From Macrostomum hystrix (lineage: Eukaryota; Animalia; Platyhelminthes), in the NCBI GenBank assembly GCA_950097015.1, contig CATNEN010000002.1:496001-560000 (forward strand): 64,000 nt of DNA, written 5' to 3'. The notes beneath the pieces were generated by a model. That model made no database searches. It saw nothing but the letters and a program-made list of their open reading frames with translations, and was not told where the DNA came from. The position numbers and the translations under genes were made by a program. Each line of letters begins with the position of its first letter. The stretch's first letter is position 1. Shown piece by piece: positions 25,040-37,106 of this stretch.

Positions 25040-25330
25040 TCTCACCAGCGAGGCAGCGCGTCTCTGGGCCAACGAGCTCAAAAAGTCCCGCCCGCCAGCC
25101 TGGTCCAAGGAAAACTGAAATAGTAGCCGTGCTTGTTCGGTCTGGGGCGCCAGCAACACTCAGAAGCCGGGTCAGGGTATCTCGCCGCTCGCCCTTGGCC
25201 TCGCTTCCGCGGGCCTCCGACCGGAGGACAAGGCCAGCTAATCGAAGTCGCGCAGCCGCGCAACAGGTCAAAAAGCCGCGTCAGGTGCGCCCTTGCATTA
25301 AGAGCGGCATAGGTCTCGCTGCCTGCATTG
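25040..25330 (-). mobile_element. Degenerate non-LTR retrotransposon (RTE-like) ORF2 C-terminal fragment
   Basis: GC-rich island. Minus-strand frames give RLRLAGLVLR, GPRKRGQGRAARYPD and LLSVAGAPD, resembling the post-RT 'RRLRxAGHxxR' region of RTE-type LINEs; frameshifted. Confidence 0.5.
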
Positions 25331-28300
25331 GGCCGCTGCGCGCGCCGAACGCCGCAAGTAACTGCATGAGTACATTTGGCAATTAAGCCAATAATTTTAG
25401 GGGATCACGGGGATCACGAAAAATATAGAAAGGCAGGTTACTGTGCACTAGGAGTTGATTCCAAGCGACCTGCAAGTAAGCCATCAGTTTTTTAATTCGG
25501 GGAGCTGTTCGTCCTTATCCTTTGGCGCCTTTGCTTGGACAATATTTCTAAGCATTTTGTCGAGGTTTTAAGAGCATTTACAAAAAATGTACAAAAATCT
25601 GGTTATCGCAAATCAAAAAAATGTACAATTCAAAAATTTAAAAAATGTGAAAGTGCGCATTGCATTAAAGATTGGATACTATATCTTACCTTGCATTTTA
25701 CATTTCTTGCTTTCGCATCTTCATGTCCATGTCCTACGATAATACTAAAAATGCTCGCCTATTTTCTTTGTGCAACATATATATCAGGTGAAATGTGTCT
25801 AAAGCGTTTTAAAAAAAAAAGTTTTTACTGATATAAATAACACAACAGAGATCCTTATTTTCTCATATGTTACAATTTTGATTTACGATTTAGAAGACTG
25901 CGCACTAACACAAACTGTTTTGTTTTCTAATGTGCGCGCACGCATCGCATCTCACGAAACCTTAGTCGTACTTAATAAAGTTAATATTAGTATTAGTCTC
26001 TCTATATAGCGAACAATGTATATAAATATGAGTGTGTTTATATTTATCTATCAAATACCTTTTTAGGGCCTACCTAACTTAAAGACATTAATCTGCAGCC
26101 CAGCCACTACAGTGAGGTTTTTATATTATATTTTAGGAGTATATATGAGTATATGTTATACTCCTTCATAATGTAGGCCTATAAATTTGCTGGTACCAGC
26201 TGGTGTTGCCTACTAACTATTAATAGTGGCATAAGCATTATAGTATGGTTCCAGTCATAATTTAAACTGAAAGTTGTGCAATGAATGAAAGTAACACTAG
26301 CAATATACCTAGATTTAAATTTAAATATTGTTGCACTGGTGGCATAGTCTGTTGCTGAAATAAACCCATGGTCCATAGAAAGTAGTGGCTCTGATGTGGC
26401 ACCCATATTGTGGATGTTTTTTCTGGTTTGCCATAATTTTTTTTGACTTGACACATTCTAGAAATTTATAATGGTGTAGGCCTACATAACAGAAACCCCC
26501 GGTATCCCAAATGTATGTCACACATTCTGCAATATGGCATCATTCAATTCTTGGTAACTTGGGTTTGAGCAGAATTTCTAATTTCGCAACAACTTCAGCT
26601 TCACTCATAGATTCACCCATAATCCAGTAGCATGTTCTCCCTAGCATGCACCCATAGTCAGTAAGGTAGCAGTGTGTGCTGGAAAACAATTTACAACTAA
26701 AAAAATTGTGCACCATGTATGTACCCCATAGTCCAGATCATGCTAAGTGCAGTTAAAACAAAATCATAGAGTTTTCTTTGGCACCCTAATGCCAAGCAGA
26801 TACATGTGAAGATATATTGTGATTACTTTTTGTATGCCATAAAGTTTTAATGTAGGCTCCAATTTCAAAAATTTTTTTAGTTTTAATTTTAACATGTCTA
26901 GCATTTTTTAACTAAGTTATTTAAGCAAATTATATTGCCTATTAGCATTAAATTGTTTCATGAAAAAGTTAATTTATGCAAATATTATATTCCATGATGC
27001 ATTACTTAAGACATTCAACAGATCATACCTTTTTGAACTGAATAAAGTCTTAAGTCTTAGTATTATAATTTTGTAATAGCTACTAATTTTAATTATGAAA
27101 GTTTTTTTCAGTTTTGTGTATACTCATACCACGTTATAGACAAGTAAGGTAAAATGCAACACAAGGGTTTGAGCAATTGTGTTGGTGTGTCTACAGGTTG
27201 CACACTGAACTTTTGCAAAGCTATGTACCAGTTTGTGTTTTTATGTGCCTCATAGATGACAGAAAAGGCCTAGTGTACCATTTCTAACATACATGCACAA
27301 CACCCAGCCAAACCGGCCAGGTGAAATGAGGGCCAAGCAAGGTAAGTCGCAAAAACTAATCGACCAAGCGCAAAAAAACAAAGGAGGGACCAAGGGACAA
27401 AAAAGGAAAGCGTGAAGAAAAGGAAAAGGGGAGAGAAAAAGAGAGCAAATGAGAGGAAACTAAGTCGTAAATAGAGCAATGAAACGAACTAAGTCGCAAA
27501 TGAGAACAAAAACTAAGTCGCACGGCTGGCTAAGATTTGGGAGGTTGTGCATGTATGATTTCTAACCACTTAGTGGTCAATTACTGCCTAACCTATGTGA
27601 ATATATAGGACCCCAATATCCACACAGACCTGATGGAGCTAGAAAAGTACATGTGATTGGCCAATGCTAAGTGCAAGCATCAAAACATCTATTGTATGGA
27701 TGCAGCCACAACATATATATAGGAGTTTTTTGACATAAAAAGTTTTGGCATTCCCTGCACTATATCTCACTGATCATTGATCACTGACCTTTTCAATATT
27801 CCTGTTTCCTTGTTAAGCAAGTTTTTTTCTCTGGACAAATTAGAGCCTAATTATCCTGATCCTGATCCTTTTTATTTATAATTTAGTTTTACACTTTGGA
27901 TCATGTCTGCTGTGCTTATAAGCTATAAAATTGTATGTGTGGCTGCCATGCTTTTGATATTGATTTGTGGCTTGCTTATATAGTAATGGACATGGTGGCA
28001 ATGTCTATAGGCCTAACTAGATTAGTTACTTCTGCAAGCCAATCTAAATTAGGAATTTTGTAATATTTAGAGTTGCACTGGTTGACCCAATCAATTTGTG
28101 GTATAGTAGGCTGCATGTTGTTTTGTATCTTTTCTGGTTTCAGGTTCAGAAGTTGTCAGACATTTTCCTTAATTTTTATAGTATTGGTATATTCTCCTGG
28201 AACTCTCCATTTTCTTTTTGTGGATGTTCCAAGTTGAACATATTATTAAAAGTTTCATGCTTAAACTAAGGTATAATAAATTCCTAAAATGAGGTTGACA

Positions 28301-28419
28301 CCAAATATCCACATTTAATGGCCCCAATACTCTAGTAAAGCAACTTTGTCTGCTAATTATTGCTTATTAATCATACTAGTAAAAATTCTAATGACACTAG
28401 TTTGACTCTAGTTTGACTC

Positions 28420-28670
28420 TAGTTTGACTTATGACTTAAAGGTCAAAGGTTTATTCCACTGGATCACTAGATAAATTTGATTACTCTGCATTGCTTCAGT
28501 TCACCTAGCTGTTAAATGGGTACCAGCATCTGCTGGGTTATTTGATGGTTCGTTTGGCATCTCCCCAGTCCATTGACTGAACAACTTTACACAGGGTTCA
28601 GATGAGCTGTGCATTTGCTGTAGCTGTGCTGTTGGCTACACATAAGGTCTGATTAGGCCAGGTGTAATCA
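28420..28670 (+). mobile_element. SINE family A, degenerate copy
   Basis: TTACTCTGCATTGCTTCAGTTCACCTAGCTGTTAAATGGGTACCAGCATC matches the central domain of the 10514 copy; the head is decayed. Confidence 0.7.
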
Positions 28671-29540
28671 ATTATTTTACTCGTATATTGTCATTATTGA
28701 AGACAACAGACAGTTTTCTGTAGTCCATTTTGTCTGTAGTCCATAGTGGTAGTCCATTTTCTAGACTAAGGCTAGTCTATACTCGCCTAGGCAGCTGGCT
28801 TCAAAAGTAGCAAATGACAATGGATTCTGCAGTAGCCATTGAAATTAATAAAAAAGTCGATTTTAGTTCAATTACTTTTATCTTGCATGCATCTAGACTA
28901 GCTAGCTGCTAGTAACTAGTACAGAATGGGTTTGATGGGTTTGTTTCAGCTTTCATCGGTTATTAGACTATAATTGACAGGTCTTATTGTCGAATTTTGA
29001 AACACATAATGAAATGTGTATAAGTTTTCGCATAAAACATTTCTTGCTACTCTTAAGTAATAGTTCGCTGATTTTTATTTCGTACCTGTTTAGATAGCGG
29101 TTTCAAAATTTACGGCCTTTACTACTGCTATTTCTATAGTATAATCCTTTCAACCCAGCGTGTGCGATAGATTAGTTATTAATGAAAGCTTCATCCCCAA
29201 TCGGTGTCCATAGCAACGCCATCTAGAAATAAATAATTCAACCGAAACATCTGCCTAGTCTAGTCAGATCTTTTCTGCAATCGCTGAACCAGGCCAGTAT
29301 TTTAATATAGCATCCAAATCCGAAATAAAGCAGTCTAGGGCGGATATTCAGCTTATATTAATTGGTACAGGAGAGGTTTTGCCCGCAAGAGTTTTTACAA
29401 CAGCTAAAAATGTCTCAACCCGAGCCGCTGCTTGCGACTCTGCACTACTTTGGTCCACGAATTTATCACGAAGTGCCTGACTGCAGAGGTGGTGAGTGAG
29501 CTAATGGTCCACTACCGACCTTAATAATCATAATAATAAT

Positions 29541-29860
29541 AATTGCAGGAGGGCTGCGGGCAATGGCACATCATTCGGTGACACTAGACCCGCAGCCAGC
29601 GAGGAGGCAATTCTGCACATCTCACTGACTCCTGAGCACACATCCACAGATACCGTACGCAGGCACACAATCATACGGGTGTGTACATCTGCCCTGACTT
29701 TCTCATCGTCAGGCAGTGTACACTCTTAGTGTGGCCCTTAAGTGTGTAAATTGCTCGAAAAGCCCCTAAGCCTTCTCTCCGCGGCTGTGCCTCAAATGGC
29801 CTCGCCACGGATTCGAGCTCAGGAACATAAGCATTAGACCGCTGTCCATGCCACTCACCC
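29541..29860 (-). mobile_element. tRNA-derived SINE family B copy
   Basis: (TAA)n tail then AATTGCAGGAGGGCTGCGGGCAATGGCACATCATTCGGTGACACTAGACCCGCAGC; colinear with the 33646 copy with an internal deletion. Confidence 0.8.
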
Positions 29861-29939
29861 TCGCTACTGCCAATCTTTCTGGCAAGAAATATCTGCTACC
29901 CGTGTTTAAACAATCTTTAACGATTGACTTGTCCTTGAA

Positions 29940-30788
29940 ATGCGAGCAGAATCCCATGGCTATGGACCTGACTGGTTAGCTCAGTCTATGTGCTCAAGCC
30001 GCTGCTGCCAACAGAAGCAAAGACGGCAAGACAGAGCCCGCCGCCACTGCTGCTGCTGCCGCCACTGGCGCTGCAGCTGTCCGTCAGTGTGCTCAACCCC
30101 AGTGCGCCTGTTTCTCAGCATGACCTGCCTGACTGCCACACTGGCCCTAGTTGCCGCTATCCTGCTAATCCTAGGAGCCAAGTTTGCCGATACAGCCAGC
30201 TCCGTAGTCGGCCTAGTTACCATGGCAATGGGTGCCCTAGTCGCCTGCCTAGCCGCTGCTCTGTGGCTAACTTTGCTCTGTCGGTGCGATGGACGCATTT
30301 GTTGCTGTCGCAAGCGGATCGTTGCCCCTGGCAACCAGTGCCCAAGCGGCAGTGATCGAAACGCTATCCTAACGAGTGAAGCTGGCGAACCGCAGCTGTC
30401 TGATTGTCAGCAACGGCAGCAGCAGCCGCATTCAAGATTTCAGCCGCCATCATTTGAGCCAGTCTACCAAACCTCTAACGAAGGTGAAGAAGCTGCTCGA
30501 AATTTGTCGAGGCCTTCAACAGCGGTTGTCAGTATTGTGGCCGAGAAGTCTTACGCCTCTGATTATTCAGCTTCTGGCTCTGCGACTGGTTCTAATTCCT
30601 CTTCTTATTCTTCTTCGACTAGCTCTTATTCCGCATCGGCTTGTTCGCTTACGTCTTCCTGTTCGGCCTCGTCAACTTGTTCCTCGTATTCGAAAACAAA
30701 AACTTGCAGAAGCGATGGTTTCAGCAGCGGCAGCAGCAGAAACAAAAATATAGCTAACAACCGACTGCAGAGTATTCAAGATGCCTAA
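29940..30788 (+). CDS. Hypothetical membrane protein (282 aa): Cys-rich N-terminus, two hydrophobic helices, Ser-rich C-terminus
   Basis: Uninterrupted 849-bp GC-rich ORF with ATG start. Hydrophobic segments TCLTATLALVAAILLILGA and SVVGLVTMAMGALVACLAAALWLTLLC. No family recognised. Confidence 0.5.
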   Translation: MRAESHGYGPDWLAQSMCSSRCCQQKQRRQDRARRHCCCCRHWRCSCPSVCSTPVRLFLSMTCLTATLALVAAILLILGAKFADTASSVVGLVTMAMGALVACLAAALWLTLLCRCDGRICCCRKRIVAPGNQCPSGSDRNAILTSEAGEPQLSDCQQRQQQPHSRFQPPSFEPVYQTSNEGEEAARNLSRPSTAVVSIVAEKSYASDYSASGSATGSNSSSYSSSTSSYSASACSLTSSCSASSTCSSYSKTKTCRSDGFSSGSSRNKNIANNRLQSIQDA

Positions 30789-30866
30789 CCTGAGACAGAC
30801 TTCTGTGTGATTTCCTTATTGCGAGTTTAATCGGCTAGGATATTTCTAAGATTCCTATATTAAACA

Positions 30867-31458
30867 GGTTTTCACTCCTAGATACTATAGGATTTCACTC
30901 CTAGATTCTTTAGGATTTCACTCCTAGATTCTTTAGGATTTCACTCCTAGATTCTATAGGATTTCACTCCTAGATTCTTTAGGATTTCACTCCTAGATTC
31001 TATAGGATTTCACTCCTAGATTCTATAGGATTTCACTCCTAGATTCTATAGGATTTCACTCCTAGATACTATGGGAATTCACTCCTAGATTCTATAGGAT
31101 TTCACTCCTAGATTCTTTAGGATTTCACTCCTAGATTCTATAGGATTTTACTCCTAGATTCTATAGGATTTTACTCCTAGATTCTATAGGATTTTACTCC
31201 TAGATTCTTTAGGATTTCACTCCTAGATTCTATAGGATTTCACTCCTAGATTCTATAGGATTTTACTCCTAGATTCTATAGGATTTCACTCCTAGATTCT
31301 TTAGGATTTCACTCCTAGATTCTATAGGATTTCACTCCTAGATTCTATAGGATTTCACTCCTAGATTCTATAGGATTTCACTCCTAGATTCTATAGGATT
31401 TCACTCCTAGATTCTATAGGATTTCACTCCTAGATTCTATAGGATTTTACTCCTATAT
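30867..31458. repeat. 23-bp minisatellite GGATTTCACTCCTAGATTCT(A/T)TA
   Basis: About 25 tandem units read directly, just downstream of the 29940 ORF. Confidence 0.95.
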
Positions 31459-32164
31459 CCTTTCAGACTACACTGTAACAGCAAATTTTTTGCGGTGGGA
31501 TTTAGTTTTATTTCATTAACCTAATTTTGATCAATTCGTGTGTTTACTTGATTTTATTAGTTAACTGAAGTATTAGATTTTAATTAAAATAATTACGAGT
31601 GTATCATATTCGCACTAGCAAGTCCTAAGGACCAATTTTGATGCACCTTATATGTTCCGTAAGGTAATTGTTAAACAATCATTTCATTGATTATCCTCTT
31701 GTTTGACAGATATTACCCCTGCAAACTGAGTTGAAAATTTGAAATGCGATTCAGTATCAATTGAAGGGAAAGCTAATGTAATTAACACATTATAGGACTA
31801 TCCTTTGAACTAATTATAGATTCGATGATTCGCCCTCAAAGAGATAGTCAGCAAGTCACACATCGTTAAGATCAAAGCTGTTCCACACTTTTGATCAATT
31901 GAGTCTCATTCGCCAGTCACAGTCTAAAATTTCCGGAAGTTGCAATGACTGTCGCTGCCTATTCGCCTTTTTGGCATTGTATCATTAACTGAAACAGCGC
32001 ACAGACTTAAGAATATTATTTATGCACATAAACATATAAACTTCTCTTGTTTGCTTGACTTGGATTCTAAGCACACAAATTATGACAATGAGAATACTGG
32101 AATTAAGGTGACTAAAGACAATGCCGATTTAAATATTAGCTAGCACAGACTAATGTTTGTGCTG

Positions 32165-32945
32165 ACTTGAGGGGTGTATCTTGACTGAAATGAGGTGGTT
32201 GTCTTGACAGGAGTGAGGTGGTTGTCTTGACTGAAGTGAGGTGTTTGTCTTTGCTGGAGTGAGGTGTTTGTCTTGGCTGGAGTGAGGTGTTTGTCTTGGC
32301 TGGAGTGAGGTGGTTGTCTTGACTGAAGTGAGGTGTTTGTCTTTGCTGGAGTGAGGTGTTTGTCTTGGCTGGAGTGAGGAGGTTGTCTTGACTGGAGTGG
32401 GGAGGTTGTCTTGACTGAAGTGAGGTGTTTGTCTTTGCTGGAGTGAGGTGTTTGTCTTGGCTGGAGTGAGGTGTTTGTCTTGGCTGGAGTGAGGTGGTTG
32501 TCTTGACTGAAGTGAGGTGTTTGTCTTTGCTGGAGTGAGGTGTTTGTCTTGGCTGGAGTGAGGTGGTTGTCTTGGCTGGAGTGGGGAGGTTGTCTTGACT
32601 GGAGTGAGGTGGTTGTCTTGACAGGAGTGAGGTGGTTGTCTTGACAGGAGTGAGGTGGTTGTCTTGACTGAAGTGAGGTGTTTGTCTTTGCTGGAGTGAG
32701 GTGTTTGTCTTGGCTGGAGTGAGGTGGTTGTCTTGACTGAAGTGAGGTGTTTGTCTTTGCTGGAGTGAGGTGTTTGTCTTGGCTGGAGTGAGGTGCTTGT
32801 CTTTGCTGGAGTGAGGTGTTTGTCTTGGCTGGAGTGAGGTGGTTGTCTTGGCTGGAGTGGGGAGGTTGTCTTGACTGGAGTGAGGTGGTTGTCTTGACAG
32901 GAGTGAGGTGGTTGTCTTGACAGGAGTGAGGTGGTTGTCTTCGCT
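32165..32945. repeat. 23-bp G/T-rich minisatellite (GGAGTGAGGTG(G/T)TTGTCTTG(G/A)CT variants)
   Basis: Tandem variants read directly; source of the 276-aa repetitive minus-strand ORF. Confidence 0.93.
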
Positions 32946-32957
32946 GGATTGAGGTTG

Positions 32958-35729
32958 ATGGTGCATAAAGTATGTGTCTACTAGGGTGAAATCTGTATTT
33001 TGAGTAGAACTCTAAGAGGCCTATAAAAACGTGTTAATCAGCGGTCTCAGCTTTCCGGCCCTGTCGTGTTCCTATTGCAGTCGCGCCTCTTGTCCCGCTT
33101 ACTCTTCCGCCCGCTGGGCGCATCCAATGTGTGGTGTAACGCAGCGGCCCTGCCAATCGCCTCGGCAATGCCGTGGAAAATCGAGCGGCGTCTGGCGGGT
33201 CACTCGCGCTGGCAGAATGTGCGCTCCGATAAGGAGGCCGGCATGGCCCAGAAGCGGTCACTGATGACCAATTATCTGCGCCTGTTGCGCAAGGCTATTA
33301 TCGATGGCAACGGTAGCACCAGCATGCAGGCCAATGTGCACCTGAAGGCGGTGTTCGACCGAGCCAAGTCTGACAATGTGCCGCTGAAAACTTTAGAAAA
33401 GATGCTGGCCTCCAAGTCCAAAGATGGAGTCGAGCCTTATGTGGTGGAGGTGCGTGGCCGAGGCGGCATTTGTCTACTGGTCCAGTGCAACAGCCCCGCT
33501 AAGACCAAGAGCAGGCAGGATGTGAGTGGGGATTTCACTGCCTTCAATCTGCCTTTTGCTTGAATTGGGATATCATGATGGTTCTAGGCTATTGGGATAT
33601 ACTCGTAGTGGGATAATAATTGGCTATTGTTATAATAATAATAATAATTGCAGGAGGGCTGCGGGCAATGGCACATCATTCGGTGACACTAGACCCGCAG
33701 CCAGCGAGGAGGCAATTCTGCACATCTCGCTGACTCCTGAGCACACACGCACACAGATACTGTACGCAGGCACACGCTCACACAGGTGTGTACATCTGCT
33801 CTGACTTTCTCATCGTCAGGCAGTGTACACTCTCACTGTTCATTGGAGGTTGGCCCTCATGGGCGTAAAATATGCACGACAAGCCCCCAAGCCTTCTCTC
33901 AGCGGCTGCTCCCCATGTAAATGTGGCCTCGCCGTGGAATCGAACTTAGGGACCTTGGTGCGAGAGGCAAACGCGTTAACCGCTCTGCCACTCACCCCCA
34001 GGCTATTTAAATGTCGTGGGATAATAAGAAACGGGATAGATAAGACACAGGAGAGATTAGAAAGGGAAGAGATGAGACACGGGAGAGATTAGAAAGGGAG
34101 AGATAAGACACGGGAGAGATTAGAAAGGGATTATATAAGACAGGATGCTATAGGTGTCGTAAGGGGCAACGGGCCGGATTTTAAGCTTCGAGGGCCGCAT
34201 CTGGCATCCGGGCCAGAGTTTGCCGACCCCAGGGTTTAAGGCTTAGATGCTTGCTATTTTTCCCTTTGAAGTTAAAGTGATTAGCAAATGGAAAATTGGG
34301 AATGAGGATGACGAAGTTAAAAATAAACAGTTTCAACGTCCTCTAAGATTTGGAAAGAAAATATTTTAACTTGACATTTTATTACGAGCTAGAGCTATGC
34401 ATAATTATAAAGTTGCATGTTATGCCTAGTAGGCTTGCATAGGGTATAAAATAGTGTGGATTAACTTTGCATTTGGGGGTTAAAATTCCTTAATTTCGAT
34501 TATATTTTGGGTAGGAATAGTTATTGTAAATTGTATTCTAAATTGCTTCATAATTTATTATAATTCCATGATATATTTAGGGTACCACAATATTCGGAAA
34601 TATTATCCAATTTTATCAGGCATTCGCATCACAAGAAGTGTTTTACGTGACAGTTTTTTTAAGTCCAAACAAATTTGGGGAATAGAACGAAAGTTGTTTA
34701 AAAAAAATTTTGTTGTGATTGTGGGCGTCTTGGGTGAGGCGAGTTTGTAGGTTGAGGTGGGTGTCTGAGGTGAGTTGGTTGTCTGGGTTGAGGTTAGTGT
34801 CTAGATTGAGTTGGTTGTCTGGGATGAGGTGGGTGTCTGGGGTGAGGTGGGTGTCTAGGTTGAGTTGGTTGTCTGGGATGAGGTGGGTGTCTGGGATGAG
34901 GTGGGTGTCTGGGGTGAGGTGGGTGTCTAGATTGAGGTGAGTGTCTCGGGTGAGGTGGGTGTCTAGGTTGAGTTGGTTGTCTGGGGTGAGGTGGGTGTCT
35001 GGGGTGAGGTGGGTCTCTAGGATGAGGTGGGTGTCTAGGTTGAGTTGGTTGTCTGGGATGAGGTGGGTGTCTGGGGTGAGGTGGGTGTCTGGGATGAGGT
35101 GGGTGTCTAGGATGAGGTGGGTGTCTGGGGTGAGTTGGTTGTCTGGGATGAGGTGGGTGTCTGGGATGAGGTGGGTGTCTGGGGTGAGGTGGGTGTCTAG
35201 GTTGAGGTGGGTGTCGAATTATTAATTCATTCTAAGCTAAAAAAATAAGCTAAAATCTCATTAAGTCATGCTTGCCCTTTTACCGCAGATTACAAATCAA
35301 GTGAAACGCATTGGTCTGGAAGTGGCTGGCATAGATTCATCAGTTAGTAAAAGCTTCTTCGATAAGAAGGGCAGCGTTGAGGTGTCGCACGATCCAGTGA
35401 AACTGTCAAACTTGGATCAGGCCACTGAGCTGGCGTTGGAGTTCGACTGCGCTGATGTTCGCTTCGAGGACAGCGACAGCGCCGATGGCGGCGGCGGCAT
35501 TTTCGTGTTCGAATGCGCTCCAACCTCCGTTGACCTGGTAGCCGAGGGTCTTCGGTCTTCCGGCCTGTCTGTCCTGGATGCATCTGTGCGCTACGAGCCA
35601 TTCGAACGAGTCGAATTAGATTCGGAAACTTTGCAATTGTTAAACGAATTAGTTGATCGAATACGCGAACAAGTCGACGGAGTTGTTCAGGTGTTTGACA
35701 ACGTCACAGAGGTTGGCAGCAATTGCTGA
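32958..35729 (+). CDS. TACO1: TACO1 / YebC-PmpR family protein, model join(32958-32969,33081-33521,35289-35729), 297 aa
   Basis: AGHSRWQNVR..K corresponds to the family AGHxKW motif; EVRGRGGICLLV, FFDKKG and a C-terminal D-V-V-Q-V-F-D-N motif are also present. Donor GAT|gtgagt and acceptor ttaccgcag|ATT are in frame. The 12-nt first exon (ATGGTGCATAAA|gtatgt) is inferred and less certain. Confidence 0.85.
33646..33999 (-). mobile_element. tRNA-derived SINE family B, full length, in TACO1 intron
   Basis: Reverse complement head GGTGAGTGGCAGAGCGGTTAACGCG (A-box) and GTTCGATTCC (B-box); (TTA)n tail; possible 7-bp TSD GGCTATT on both sides. Confidence 0.85.
34035..34140. repeat. Short purine-rich ~29-bp tandem repeat (GATAAGACACGGGAGAGATTAGAAAGGGA)
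   Basis: Three to four imperfect copies. Confidence 0.7.
34151..34231. mobile_element. hAT-like terminal remnant
   Basis: Reverse complement TGGGGTCGGCAAACTCTGGCCCGGATGCCAGATGCGGCCC resembles the typical hAT non-autonomous end (CAGGGGTCGGCAAAC...GGCCCGCGGGCC...GCGGCCC). No TSD seen. Confidence 0.45.
34728..35215. repeat. 18-bp G-rich minisatellite GGG(G/A)TGAGGTGGGTGTCT in TACO1 intron
   Basis: Tandem variants read directly. Confidence 0.93.
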
Positions 35730-35794
35730 GATTGTCTGTGTTCGCTGTTTGCTACACAAAGCTTTGTATGTCAGATAATTTGTGTGGGTGCGCG

Positions 35795-36000
35795 GGGTGG
35801 GGTGGATGCACGAAGTGGGGTGGGTACGCGGAGTGGGGTTGGTACCCGGAGTGGGGTGGGTACGCGGAGTGGGGTTGGTACGCGGAGTGGGGTGGGTACG
35901 CGGAGTGGGGTTGGTACGCGAAGTGGGGTGGGTACACGTAGTGTGGTTTGTAGGCGGAGTGGGGTGGGTACGCGGAGTGGGTGGGTGTGCGGAGTAGGAT
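35795..36000. repeat. 18-bp G-rich minisatellite GGAGTGGGGT(G/T)GGTACGC downstream of TACO1 stop
   Basis: About 10 tandem units. Confidence 0.9.
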
Positions 36001-36439
36001 GTTTTATTGGTTGCGCAGAGTGAGGTGTGTGCTTTGATTGAGGTAAGTGTGCTCATTGGGGTTTTCGTTCGCTGAATGATGTGAATCGCTTCTTTCTTGT
36101 GCCTGCTATGGATGCACACAATTTATTGTAGCGAATATTTTACTAAGAGCGTCACAGTTGTGCAGAAACAGTTTTTTTAATTTTTTGTGTTTAATCATCG
36201 CTATCTGCTATCTGTTAGATCAATTGCAAGTTCTCTGCATTCTCAGAAAAATCTTTGTTTCAATGTGCTGACGAAATACACAGATTACTAGCAGTAGCTT
36301 TGATGCTCATTTGCTGCTTCGCTTTATAGTAAAGCGTAATCAACCTGAAGCAGATATTAAGATTGCTTCCTGATATATCTCTTTGACAATATCTCTGCCA
36401 ATCCACACTGGACCAGTCACCAGATTTACAACCAGTGCT

Positions 36440-36560
36440 ACACCCTGCACTTTGAAAGACTGTGTACAGCTGTTCAGTCCATGGACTGGGGAGCCCGCCA
36501 CCGATATAAAATTTCTACATACCCATTCTTCATCTAGGTAATCAAAGCACTTAAGCATCT
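36440..36560 (-). mobile_element. SINE family A fragment interrupted by the MITE
   Basis: GTACAGCTGTTCAGTCCATGGACTGGGGAG matches the family A 3' part; SINE-like sequence (CAAAGGACACAAATT) resumes after 37106. Confidence 0.55.
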
Positions 36561-36568
36561 CGCTTTAA

Positions 36569-37106
36569 CAGTAGAACTTAACGAACTTAACAAAGATTAC
36601 GGGCCAACTTTTTGTTGCGCATCTTCTGAAACAAGAATCAAGTCGCCAGTTCTTCAGACCATCGAGATATTCAATGTTTCTGGCCGAAGGTCTGATTTTT
36701 CCGATAAGCGCTAGTGTATTTCATACACCCCTATACACGAATTAGCACTGCGACTCAGTGCGGCCTTGCCAGGCCTTCAAAATTTATCAGCAAGTCACCC
36801 GAATGTGCCTGCATTATCTGTCTTCGGCGGTCACCAACCTTTATCTAGACGGACTGCTGGACCTTCAAGGGCTACAGCAGGTGGAAATAGGCCACTATAG
36901 ACGCCCTGACGCGAATTTCTCCAATTTCACTGATCAAGTCTAACTATTAGGCGCAGCTCAACCACAGGACACCATCGTCTAGTCTGTCAACCAATCAGTC
37001 ATTACCTAGCGCTGTTAGCATTCAGGCGCTGCCAAAAAATTACAGTTTCTCGAAATTCCCGCCTTGGTATAAAACCGGGCGGCAAAATGGCTCGGAAGTC
37101 TTACTG
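36569..37106. mobile_element. Second copy of the CAGTA...TACTG MITE-like element
   Basis: Body colinear with 22021-22532; ends CAGTAG... and ...GTCTTACTG; about 60 bp missing near the left end. Confidence 0.7.

Noticed and set aside
26180-26700. Possible decayed coding fragment (minus strand ESMSEAEVVAKLEILL..., FGIPGVSV)
   Set aside because: Stops and frameshifts in AT-rich sequence; too short to assign to a transposase or enzyme family.
32136-32966. 276-aa mucin-like ORF
   Set aside because: The 23-bp unit is not a multiple of three, so the translation cycles through frames. It is a satellite artefact.
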